Notes under the pieces: generated by a model | Databases searched by the model: none | The model's input: the letters and a program-made list of their open reading frames with translations, nothing else | What the model was told of the DNA's origin: nothing | From: Propionibacteriales bacterium | GTDB lineage: Bacteria; Actinomycetota; Actinomycetes; Propionibacteriales; Nocardioidaceae | NCBI GenBank assembly: GCA_038242765.1 | Contig: JBBSRT010000001.1 | Coordinates: forward strand, 1 to 41,938 | DNA length: 41,938 nucleotides | Reading direction: 5' to 3' | Part shown: piece after piece, positions 19,501 to 26,764 of the stretch | How the letters are laid out: every line of letters starts with the position of its first letter | Numbering within the stretch: the stretch's first letter is position 1 | Made by a program: the position numbers and the translations under genes

Positions 19501-19821
19501 TAGCGCATAACAAAACGAGTGAAAGGTCATGGCCGGCGCGGCCGAGGTAGTGCGGCCGAGCCGCGCACCGATGCGTGCCTTGAGCTCGTCGGCAGCTTTG
19601 CGGCTGAAGGTCAGCACGAGCACTTGGTCTGGGCTCAATCCGCGGTTGTCGATGCGGTCAACCACGGCTTCGATCAGTGTTGTCGTCTTGCCGGTGCCTG
19701 GTCCGGCCAGGACTAGGAGCGGGCCGCCGTGATGATCGACGACGGCTCGTTGACTCGCGTCGAGCTGCGGTGCTCGGACCGGTGTGGCATCGGGCCGCTT
19801 CAGCACATAGTCAACGGGCAT
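16594..19821 (-). CDS. adnA: AdnA-type helicase-nuclease subunit
   Basis: Motifs seen: GPGTGKT and VDEYQDTD. The nuclease motif is GSMDRVELDRAGSVHVIDLKTSK. Cys residues (DCPLSW ... CKFCPFKRVC) are arranged as in AddB-type Fe-S nuclease domains. Confidence 0.85.
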   Translation of the reverse strand: MPVDYVLKRPDATPVRAPQLDASQRAVVDHHGGPLLVLAGPGTGKTTTLIEAVVDRIDNRGLSPDQVLVLTFSRKAADELKARIGARLGRTTSAAPAMTFHSFCYALVREFSDAEAYANPLRLLSAPEQDAMIKELVDGTKAAVWPAQLRPALRTRGFAKELQAIMARARSLGMDPIAVSEAGDAVDRDDWRAAARFFEHYLEVSAQANTIDYVDLVYQALEVAREPEIRDILRRRYRFVLVDEYQDTDPLQVQLLQTIAGGGHDLIAVGDPDQSIYAFRGADVGGIFRFRSDFATADGPTPMLPLVSTRRFGSQILAATRHIIGRVGVPGQLDEEAFRRFRNPQTLAISPGEILVQTFATPAAEAEHLALLLRQAHLHRGVPWSDMVVLVRSGRASLPRLQRAFHAAGVPIEIAGDEVPLAAEPSVRALLGALRLAETLSLGRPIEHDRAEAVLTGPLGRMDAPDLRRLGRALREAAAHAGESPRPSVQLIAEALGDPVALGLLARRGGQWSSAIASAHTLASLLRKAADQIADRVAPEIVLWTLWSGTEWPKRLRQEFESGCEGCSRADQDLDALCALFSRAARVEEQQQRRSITNFIDELEAQQIPADTLTDSGARGAAVRLMTAHRSKGLEWPLVVVAGVQEGVWPDLRYRGSLLQADRLMPGGAGQSASTSASLAEERRLFYVACTRARQRLVVTAVESSSAGGDQPSKFVRELQTFLFLTADKPVPAPLTRPLRPLSLRGAIAELRTTIEGAQSTLVRDRAATLLARLAATDLYATWGAHPDRWWGVLDLTASDEPVSDPAKQLTLSASTVSSIVDCPLSWFLDRKARGSSGTTTAQGFGSIVHALAADVVNDSSVDVAELETHLETVWQQLHFAAPWIAKRERQSAHEAISRFAHWHLANERLALAAEHQFAVEFDIEGETVILRGSMDRVELDRAGSVHVIDLKTSKTAPATKEMTEHTQLGFYQLAIDNGAAPPAAGQAKSGGAELVQLRSDGGVKAPGMPKVQSQPAPAVGVPFFAIDQVRAAVHTIRSEDFAATPSDKACKFCPFKRVCPAWPEGATILDRGSS

Positions 19822-19827
19822 AGAGAC

Positions 19828-19849
19828 ATCTCACCAGAAGCCTCTGACA
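19828..19849 (-). promoter_or_regulatory. RecA-NDp-like promoter placing the transcription start on the adnA ATG (leaderless)
   Basis: The minus strand reads TGTCAG-N10-TGAGAT-N6-ATG. The spacing equals that of the mycobacterial RecA-independent damage promoter as I recall it (TGTCRGTG-N8-TAnnnT). The -10 element has G instead of A at position 2. Confidence 0.3.
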
Positions 19850-19901
19850 TTTTTGCGGCAGCGGGGGCATAATCGATATCCCCAATCATGTGGAGGCAAT
19901 C

Positions 19902-20321
19902 ATGACGACCCGACTTAACCCCTATTTGTCGTTCACCAGCAACGCACGCGAGGCGATGGACTTTTATCATTCGGTGTTCGGCGGTCAGGTGACGCTAAGC
20001 ACTTTTGCGGAGATGCCCAATATGCCCGGATTAGAGGCGTCCGACACCGATAAAATCATGCATTCAATGTTGGAAACCGACGGCGGGTTGGTGCTCATGT
20101 GTGCTGACACGCCGACTTCTATGGGCGATGCGGATGCAAACTCAACGGTCTCGCTCAGTGGCGAGGACGAGACCGAGCTGCGCGGCTATTGGGACAGCTT
20201 GTCCGCAGATGGCGAGGTCACCATGCCACTCGACAAGGCTCCGTGGGGTGACAGCTTCGGCATGTGCGTCGACCGTTTCGGTGTGCCCTGGATGGTCAAT
20301 ATCGCGGGATCGCCGACCTAG
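19902..20321 (+). CDS. VOC (glyoxalase/PhnB-like) family protein
   Basis: 139 aa. The start NPYLSF..AREAMDFYHSVFGG is typical of PhnB/YjdN-like VOC proteins. GGAGG lies 5 nt before the ATG at 19902. Confidence 0.75.
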   Translation: MTTRLNPYLSFTSNAREAMDFYHSVFGGQVTLSTFAEMPNMPGLEASDTDKIMHSMLETDGGLVLMCADTPTSMGDADANSTVSLSGEDETELRGYWDSLSADGEVTMPLDKAPWGDSFGMCVDRFGVPWMVNIAGSPT

Positions 20322-20626
20322 GACCCGTCCCACATTGCTTGGCGTATGTCGACAGCGTCGTCGGTGCGCAACGGTGTTTGCTCGGCGCGATAGTGAGCGA
20401 GCGCCTCGCCCCGATGACACGCCGGGAAGCCTCCGTCGGCGCGGACCACCCGCCACCACGGCAGTCCGCCGCTCAGACTCATGGCACGACCGACATTGCG
20501 AGGGCCCCCGCCCAGCCCCGAGTCGTTCAACATTTCGGCGATCGCACCATAGGACAAAACCTTGCCGGCGGGAATCTGTTCGACGAGCGCATGGACACGC
20601 TCGTCGAAGTCCACCGGCAAGGTCAT
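20318..20626 (-). CDS. Alkyltransferase-like (ATL) / MGMT DNA-binding-domain protein lacking the acceptor Cys (Rv3204-like)
   Basis: 102 aa. GLPWWRVVRADG occupies the place of the MGMT PCHRV site (Cys replaced by Trp). The gene sits 11 nt downstream of moeZ. Confidence 0.75.
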   Translation of the reverse strand: MTLPVDFDERVHALVEQIPAGKVLSYGAIAEMLNDSGLGGGPRNVGRAMSLSGGLPWWRVVRADGGFPACHRGEALAHYRAEQTPLRTDDAVDIRQAMWDGS

Positions 20627-20637
20627 GTCAGTGGCGA

Positions 20638-21843
20638 TCAGTAGGACGGCTGCGAGGGATCGATCTGATTAACCCAGGCCGCCACCCCGCCGCCTACATG
20701 CACCGCGTCGTCAAAGCCAGCGCCTTTGAGGATTGCCAGGCATTCTGCCGACCGGGGCCCCGCTTTGCAGTTCAACACAATTTGCTTGTCTTGAGGCAAT
20801 TGTTCGAACGCATTGCCATTGACGAACTCGCCCTTGGGGAGCAGGGTTGCCGTGGGGATCCGGTTGATCTCGAACTCGTTGGGCTCGCGAACGTCGACCA
20901 CCACGAAGTCACGCTCGCCGCTGTCGCGTTCCTTGAACCAGTGTTCCAGCTGGGTCACTGAGATAGTCGAGTCTGCTGCTGCCTCGGCAGCTTCGTCGCT
21001 GATCGCACCACAAAAAGCTTCATAGTCGTCCATGAGTGCGGTGATCGGCTCGCCGTTTGGGTCGCGACCGATCTTGAGCGTCGTGTAGCGCATCTCGAGC
21101 GCGTCATAGACCATCAGTCGGCCGATCAACGGATCACCGATGCCGGTGATCAACTTGATTGCTTCGGTGACCATGATCGAACCGATCGAGGCACAAAGCA
21201 CACCCAAGACACCGCCCTCGGCACATGAAGGCACCATGCCCGGCGGCGGCGGCTCGGGATAGAGGTCGCGATATTGGGGACCTTCTTGGGCCCAAAAAAC
21301 CGATACCTGACCTTCGAACCGGAAGATCGAACCCCATACGTAAGGCTTGCCCAGAAGTACCGCTGCATCGTTGACCAAGTAGCGGGTAGCAAAGTTGTCG
21401 GTGCCGTCGAGGATCAGGTCGTATTGGCCGAAAATGTCAAGCACGTTGTCGTTCTCGAGTCGTTCATCATGGATAACGACGTGGACCAATGGATTGATCT
21501 CTGCGATCGACTCGGCCGCCGACAACGCCTTCGACTTGCCGATGTCGCTCTGGCCGTGAATCACTTGACGTTGCAGGTTGGATTCGACGACGGTGTCGAA
21601 GTCGATGATGCCCAGCGTGCCGACTCCGGCGGCGGCCAGATAAAGCAGCGCCGGGCTGCCCAGTCCACCGGCCCCGATAATCAGGACTTTCGCATTCTTG
21701 AGCCGCTTTTGCCCGGTCATACCGACCTCAGGAATGATCAGGTGCCTGCTGTAGCGGCGTACTTCATCGGCGGTGAGCTCGGGGGCGGGGTCCACGAGTG
21801 GCTTGACCACGTTGTCTCCTCGGTTTTCGTCTGTCACCGGCAT
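20638..21843 (-). CDS. moeZ: MoeZ/MoeB-type adenylyltransferase-sulfurtransferase with C-terminal rhodanese domain
   Basis: Motifs seen: RYSRHLIIPEVG and GAGGLGSP, with a rhodanese loop CKAGPRS. The ATG at 21843 was preferred over the longer track ORF. Confidence 0.85.
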   Translation of the reverse strand: MPVTDENRGDNVVKPLVDPAPELTADEVRRYSRHLIIPEVGMTGQKRLKNAKVLIIGAGGLGSPALLYLAAAGVGTLGIIDFDTVVESNLQRQVIHGQSDIGKSKALSAAESIAEINPLVHVVIHDERLENDNVLDIFGQYDLILDGTDNFATRYLVNDAAVLLGKPYVWGSIFRFEGQVSVFWAQEGPQYRDLYPEPPPPGMVPSCAEGGVLGVLCASIGSIMVTEAIKLITGIGDPLIGRLMVYDALEMRYTTLKIGRDPNGEPITALMDDYEAFCGAISDEAAEAAADSTISVTQLEHWFKERDSGERDFVVVDVREPNEFEINRIPTATLLPKGEFVNGNAFEQLPQDKQIVLNCKAGPRSAECLAILKGAGFDDAVHVGGGVAAWVNQIDPSQPSY

Positions 21844-21931
21844 AACATCCGATGGGTTCCCATTGTTCCCTTCGTGGCGCCCCATCAAAGCGCAGTCCGC
21901 ATGTTGGAACGAACCCAATATGCTGGCCCGA

Positions 21932-21937
21932 TAGGAT
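21932..21937 (+). promoter_or_regulatory. -10 element TAGGAT, 7 nt before the TetR GTG (probable leaderless mRNA)
   Basis: TAGGAT fits TAnnnT. No Shine-Dalgarno sequence lies between it and the GTG at 21945. Confidence 0.3.
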
Positions 21938-21944
21938 TCTGCAC

Positions 21945-22598
21945 GTGAGTGAAACGACACCGGCATTGCGTTCGCGGACCAATCGGTTGCCCCGCGATGC
22001 ACGTCGTGCCCAACTGCTTGATGTGGCGCTTACTGTTTTCGTAGGGCAGGGCTATCACGGCGCGTCAATGGATGAGATTGCCGAACAGGCCGGCGTCTCC
22101 AAACCGGTGTTATATCAGCACTTTCCAGGCAAGCTCGATCTCTATCTCGCACTTCTGGAAACCTCTTGCGACAGCGTCATCAATGCGGTCAAGGAAGCAC
22201 TCGCCTCGACTGTCAACAACCGTGAACGAGTCCAGGCCACCACCGAACTCTGGTTCATTTACGTGTCGGATTCGCGTGCGGCCTTTAGGTTGGTTTTCGA
22301 GTCCGACCTCACCAACGATGCTGCCGTGCGCGAACAAGTCGACCGGGTCATCCGTGAATCGGCAGCAGCGATCGCAGTCGTCATACGCGAAGACACATCG
22401 CTCCCCGATGACGCAGCCCAACTCCTTGCGGTGAGTCTGGTCGGTATGGGGCACGTCGGGGCCCGCTATTGGCTCGATCATGAAACCACGCTCTCGCGCG
22501 AGCAAGCCGTACACCTGGTCAGCGGCCTGGGTTGGCGTGGCATCGGCGGGGTACCCCGCACCGACGAACCAGTCGACAAACATCAACGAGAGGAATGA
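21945..22598 (+). CDS. TetR family transcriptional regulator (Rv3208-like)
   Basis: The helix-turn-helix reads MDEIAEQAGVSKPVLYQHF. It is divergent from moeZ. Confidence 0.85.
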   Translation: MSETTPALRSRTNRLPRDARRAQLLDVALTVFVGQGYHGASMDEIAEQAGVSKPVLYQHFPGKLDLYLALLETSCDSVINAVKEALASTVNNRERVQATTELWFIYVSDSRAAFRLVFESDLTNDAAVREQVDRVIRESAAAIAVVIREDTSLPDDAAQLLAVSLVGMGHVGARYWLDHETTLSREQAVHLVSGLGWRGIGGVPRTDEPVDKHQREE

Positions 22599-22600
22599 CC

Positions 22601-22825
22601 GTGGAGGTCAAAATCGGCGTCAAATACGCCAACCGCGAACTGTCCGTAGACACCGAATCGACTCAGGAACAGGTGCTCGCGCAATTGCGGGAAGCGCTGG
22701 CCGCTGACGACGAGTTCCTGACGCTCAGTGACGCGAACGGCCGCACCGTGGCCGTGCCAGCCGACAAGGTGATCTACCTGTCCTTTGCGCAGGAAAACCT
22801 CCGTAAGGTCGGCTTCGGCAACTGA
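22601..22825 (+). CDS. DUF3107 protein (TB9.4/Rv3208A-like)
   Basis: It begins (V)EVKIGVKYANRELSVDT..., matching the MEVKIG start of the family. GAGGA lies 6 nt upstream of the GTG at 22601. An alternative ATG at 22595 overlaps the TetR stop. Confidence 0.75.
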   Translation: MEVKIGVKYANRELSVDTESTQEQVLAQLREALAADDEFLTLSDANGRTVAVPADKVIYLSFAQENLRKVGFGN

Positions 22826-22860
22826 TTCTTGCCTCTCGTCTCGGGCGCGGGCTGCACTGT

Positions 22861-23559
22861 TCAGGAGGCTAGGCCGAGCGATTCCATCCGTTTGGCATGT
22901 TGTTCGGTCAGTCGCGCCAGCATCCGGCCGATGCCAGCCAGATCCATGCCCGGGCGATCGGCACCGCCGACGAGCACCGCGGTCAGTCCGTCACGATCGG
23001 CGGCGACCTGTTGCGCCTGACTGAGCGCTTCGCCCATGAGCCTGCGGCCCCACAGGGCGAGCCGCCCGCCGACGCGCGGATTCTCGGCAATCGCGTTGCG
23101 TACCTGGTCGATCACGAACTCCGAATGACCGGTTTCGCTCAGTGTCTCCATGATGAGTTCACGGGTTTCGGCATCCAGGAAGGCGGCGATCTCGCGATAG
23201 AAGTCCGCCGCCAGGCCGTCGCCCACATATGCCTTGACCAGTCCTTCAAGCCAATCGTTGGGCGCGGTCTTGGCGTGGAACTTCTCAAAAGTCGACACAA
23301 ATGGCGACATGACCTCAAAGGGGTCTTCGTCGAATTCTTCGATCCGGTCGCGCAACTTCATGAAGTGCCCGAATTCGGCGACGGCCATCTCCGAGATTGC
23401 CACCTTGTTGCGCATTCCCGGCGCCATCTTGGCGTCCTCAGCCAGTCGTTCAGCTGCCGAGAACTCGCCAAAAGCGAGCACACCAAGAAGATCGAGGACG
23501 CCCACTCGATAGAGCGGATCGTCGAATGCAGCAGGAGTTGGAGTCTTTGACTTGGCCAT
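22861..23559 (-). CDS. Ferritin-like fold protein
   Basis: 232 aa, helical, with two ExxH motifs (AEFGH, SETGH) as in di-iron four-helix bundles. It is divergent from the DEAD-box helicase, as in other actinobacteria. Confidence 0.6.
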   Translation of the reverse strand: MAKSKTPTPAAFDDPLYRVGVLDLLGVLAFGEFSAAERLAEDAKMAPGMRNKVAISEMAVAEFGHFMKLRDRIEEFDEDPFEVMSPFVSTFEKFHAKTAPNDWLEGLVKAYVGDGLAADFYREIAAFLDAETRELIMETLSETGHSEFVIDQVRNAIAENPRVGGRLALWGRRLMGEALSQAQQVAADRDGLTAVLVGGADRPGMDLAGIGRMLARLTEQHAKRMESLGLAS

Positions 23560-23619
23560 GATTGGCAGCGTATCGCCAAGAGTTGCCGGGCGGGCGTTAG
23601 ACTGGGTGCAAATACTTTT

Positions 23620-25092
23620 ATGTATGTCTCAAGATTCGAGAAACCTCTGACCACCTTCACAGACCTCGGCGTCATGCCTGAGATCACCGATGCACTGTCC
23701 GACGTCGGCATCGAGAACCCGTTTCCCATTCAGGAAATGACGTTGTCCATCGCCCTGATGGGTACCGATCTCATTGGCCAGGCACGTACCGGCACCGGCA
23801 AGACGCTCGCCTTTGGCATTCCAGTAGTGCAACGCACGCTTGCACCCCATGACCCCGATTATGACCAACTGGCTGCGCCGGGCAAACCACAAGCCCTCGT
23901 CATCGCACCGACCCGCGAGCTAGCGATTCAGGTTGCTGGCGACCTCAAAGTCGCAGCTGCTCGACGCGGCACCCGCCACCTCAGCATCTATGGCGGCGTC
24001 CCCTACGAACCGCAGCTCGACGCGCTCAAAGCCGGCGTCGACATTGTGGTCGGCACGCCTGGACGTCTGCTCGATCTTGCCAATCGCGGCGCCCTGGACT
24101 TGTCGCACGTCAAATCGCTCGTCCTCGACGAAGCCGACGAGATGCTCGACCTGGGTTTCCTGCCCGATGTGGAGTCGCTGCTGGCCAAGACACCCGAGCT
24201 TCGCCAAACCATGCTGTTTTCGGCCACGATGCCCAGCGCCATCGTCGGCCTCGCGCGCAAACACATGCGGCATCCGATGAACATCCGTGCCGAGTCGCAA
24301 GACTCCGGCCAGATGGTGCCAGCCACGGCCCAGTTCGTCTGGCAGGCCCACGACATGGACAAGCCCGAAATCGTTGCACGCATCCTGCAAGCCGACGACC
24401 GCGGCCGCGTCCTCATTTTCACGCGCACGAAACGCACGGCTCAACGGGTTGCCGACGAACTCAAAGAGCGTGGCTTCCCGAGCTCGCCGCTGCACGGCGA
24501 CATGGCGCAAGCCTCGCGCGAACGTGCTCTTAACGGTTTCCGTGGCGGCAAGATCGACATCCTGGTCGCCACCGACGTTGCCGCCCGCGGCATCGACGTC
24601 GAAGGCATCACGCACGTCATCAACTACAACTGTCCCGAGGACGAAAAAACCTACGTCCACCGCGTCGGCCGCACGGGGCGCGCAGGTGCCACCGGCATCG
24701 CCGTCACCTTCGTCGACTGGGCCGACCTGACACGGTGGAAGACGATCAACAAGGTCTTGGAGCTTCCCTTCGAGGAGCCCCAAGAAACCTATTCCACCTC
24801 TGATCACCTGTTCCAGGACATGGGAATTCCCCATGACGCCAAAGGTCGTCTCATTGCTGCGCCGCCGCGTGCGCTGAAAACGACGCCCGGTTCGAGTGGC
24901 CAACGAGGCGATCGTCGTGGCGATTCGCGCGGTGACCGGTCCAAGAGTGGCGCAGAGTCACGCATCAGCAAGTCAACCGGTGGCGGACAAGCCAAGGCGA
25001 CACAGTCGACCGGTGATGCGTCGCGCCCGCGTCGCCGTAGTCGTGGCCGCACTCGCACGCGTAGCGGCGCTCCGGTCAGCAAAAGCGATTAA
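23620..25092 (+). CDS. rhlE: DEAD-box ATP-dependent RNA helicase with basic R/S/G-rich tail (RhlE-like)
   Basis: Motifs seen: Q-motif PFPIQ, ARTGTGKT, DEAD, SAT and HRVGRTGRAG. Confidence 0.9.
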   Translation: MYVSRFEKPLTTFTDLGVMPEITDALSDVGIENPFPIQEMTLSIALMGTDLIGQARTGTGKTLAFGIPVVQRTLAPHDPDYDQLAAPGKPQALVIAPTRELAIQVAGDLKVAAARRGTRHLSIYGGVPYEPQLDALKAGVDIVVGTPGRLLDLANRGALDLSHVKSLVLDEADEMLDLGFLPDVESLLAKTPELRQTMLFSATMPSAIVGLARKHMRHPMNIRAESQDSGQMVPATAQFVWQAHDMDKPEIVARILQADDRGRVLIFTRTKRTAQRVADELKERGFPSSPLHGDMAQASRERALNGFRGGKIDILVATDVAARGIDVEGITHVINYNCPEDEKTYVHRVGRTGRAGATGIAVTFVDWADLTRWKTINKVLELPFEEPQETYSTSDHLFQDMGIPHDAKGRLIAAPPRALKTTPGSSGQRGDRRGDSRGDRSKSGAESRISKSTGGGQAKATQSTGDASRPRRRSRGRTRTRSGAPVSKSD

Positions 25093-25106
25093 TTTGAGAC
25101 AGAGAG

Positions 25107-25142
25107 ATTGCCCGCCACAGAATAACGTGGCGGGCAATTTTC
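25107..25142 (+). terminator. Intrinsic terminator of the helicase gene
   Basis: ATTGCCCGCCAC-agaataac-GTGGCGGGCAAT followed by TTTTCATTGTT. Confidence 0.7.
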
Positions 25143-25351
25143 ATTGTTCCGACTGATCAGATGACGCATCCGAGGGACACCGCATCTGAAATCGAGCCGT
25201 GGGCTGCGTAAGCCCAGAGACCATTGGTCGCGGTCGCGGCTGCGGTTCCGGGCGCGGTGTCCCTAGTACAAGGCCAGTCACGTCGCGGCCTCAAAGGGGG
25301 CCCGGGACGATCCCAGAAGGAGAGGGGCGGCCGGTTCCATCAGTGGGCCGT

Positions 25352-25825
25352 TCACTCCTGACTCGGTGTGCCGGTCCAGGTTCGGGTCCACGGACGATCG
25401 TAGGTCGAGGCCAAAAAGGCCAATGCCAGTGCGCCGATCAGCAAACCGAAGTCACGCAGCGCGACGTCATAGAAACCCGAGTAGGTCAGCAAATTGATGA
25501 TGATGCCCGCCAGCCATGCCACGACAACGTACGCTGCGTAACGGGGCCTGAGTGCGACCATGATGCCGGCCAAAATCTCCACTGCCCCTACGAAGTACAT
25601 CGCGGTTTGCCCAGAGAATGGCAGCAGATCCACGACCCAAGGTGCCAAGTAGCCTGGCCAATCGGCGTTCAACACCTTGGCGAATTTGTCTATCCCCATC
25701 CACAGCGGCAACACAACATAGCCGACGTGTAGTGCCACGAACGCGGCGTATGCCGGTTCGGTACTCGCTCTTTCGAGCACAGCGGGCAGTCCCTTGGTTG
25801 GATGGTCTGAATGCGTGGCAGTCAT
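25352..25825 (-). CDS. DoxX-like small integral membrane protein
   Basis: 157 aa with about 4 TM helices and a DoxX-like segment GIDKFAKVL...VGAVEILAGIMVAL. AAGGAG lies 6 nt before the ATG. Confidence 0.6.
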   Translation of the reverse strand: MTATHSDHPTKGLPAVLERASTEPAYAAFVALHVGYVVLPLWMGIDKFAKVLNADWPGYLAPWVVDLLPFSGQTAMYFVGAVEILAGIMVALRPRYAAYVVVAWLAGIIINLLTYSGFYDVALRDFGLLIGALALAFLASTYDRPWTRTWTGTPSQE

Positions 25826-25837
25826 GGCGAACTCCTT

Positions 25838-25915
25838 CTAAAATCAATACTCGTTATTTATAGAATCGCTTTCAACGGAAAGATTGTCAATGGTTATTGG
25901 TGATAGAATTTTTGT
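25838..25915. promoter_or_regulatory. AT-rich divergent promoter/operator module, copy A
   Basis: The blocks are CTAAAAtCAAT, GTTaTTTaTAGAATC, ATTGTCAAT and GATAGAATttTTGT. The minus strand reads TTGACA-N17-GATTCT. On the plus strand TAGAAT ends 7 nt before the GTG at 25916. Confidence 0.5.
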
Positions 25916-26593
25916 GTGAAGAGAACAAAACGCGGCGGTCTGGATGCTTTGCCGCAGTTGAGCAATCTGGTGGACCCGGTGCGTCGTCAGTTGTATGACT
26001 ACGTCGCAGCGCAGCAGGACCCCGTTACACGAGAAAGTGCAGCCGCTGCCACCGGCATTACCCGCACTCTTGCGGCCTATCACTTGGACAAACTGGCCGA
26101 TGCGGGATTGGTCGAGGCTGGCTATGCCCGGCCGGCAGGACGCAGCGGGGGCCCAGGCTCCGGTCGACCGGCCAAGCATTACATGCGCACAACCCAGGAG
26201 TTGGCGGTCACACTTCCCGACCGAAGCTACCTGCTGATGGCAGACTTGCTTGCTACAGCCGTCGAGACGGAACCGACCGGATCGGTACGCGCCGCCGCGA
26301 CCCGTCACGCGCTGCAGACGGGCCGAGCCGCGGCCGAGGAGGCCGACTCCGACCTCACGGCGGCCCTACACGCTCTCGGTTACGAACCGGCCGGCAACCC
26401 TAATGGTGACATAGAATTGCGCAACTGTCCCTTCCATCAGCTCTCCCAGACTCACACCGACCTTGTCTGTTCGCTCAACCTCGACCTCATCAACGGCCTG
26501 CTCGAAGGGGCCGGCGAGCCCGTCGATCGGGCCGAATTGGCACCACAGGAAGGCCGATGCTGCGTGCTCATCCACCCAGCCGAGACGATCTGA
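25916..26593 (+). CDS. Winged-helix transcriptional regulator with Cys-containing C-terminal domain (COG2345/SufR-like architecture)
   Basis: The N-terminal wHTH reads RRQLYDYV...TRESAAAATGITRTLAAYHLDKLADAGLVE. The C-terminus carries NCPFH, VCSLN and RCC. The GTG has no Shine-Dalgarno sequence and directly follows a -10 element. Confidence 0.75.
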   Translation: MKRTKRGGLDALPQLSNLVDPVRRQLYDYVAAQQDPVTRESAAAATGITRTLAAYHLDKLADAGLVEAGYARPAGRSGGPGSGRPAKHYMRTTQELAVTLPDRSYLLMADLLATAVETEPTGSVRAAATRHALQTGRAAAEEADSDLTAALHALGYEPAGNPNGDIELRNCPFHQLSQTHTDLVCSLNLDLINGLLEGAGEPVDRAELAPQEGRCCVLIHPAETI

Positions 26594-26689
26594 CAGCTAT
26601 ATAATCGCGCGGCGGTTTCGGACGGCGGGGTTGGTGTGTGGCCGCATGGTTATTTCTCACACACCGAGAGTCCGGTGCGTTGCCGCCAT

Positions 26690-26731
26690 GGACGAGATCT
26701 CCCGGGCTGTGGGCCCGAAGAGATCCCGTCC
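26690..26731. terminator. Long imperfect GC-rich hairpin between convergent genes
   Basis: GGACGAGATCTCCCGGGC / GCCCGAAGAGATCCCGTCC, with one mismatch and a small internal loop. An 8-bp stem GGTGTGTG/CACACACC lies at 26633-26665. Confidence 0.5.
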
Positions 26732-26764
26732 ATGTGGATTGCAGTTAGTACCGGTTGGCGCCTG

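Noticed and set aside
21844-21944. Possible TetR operator in the moeZ/TetR divergent spacer (TGGGTTC ... GAACCCA).
   Set aside because: The 7-nt arms are 51 nt apart, too far for a typical TetR palindrome. No compact inverted repeat was seen.
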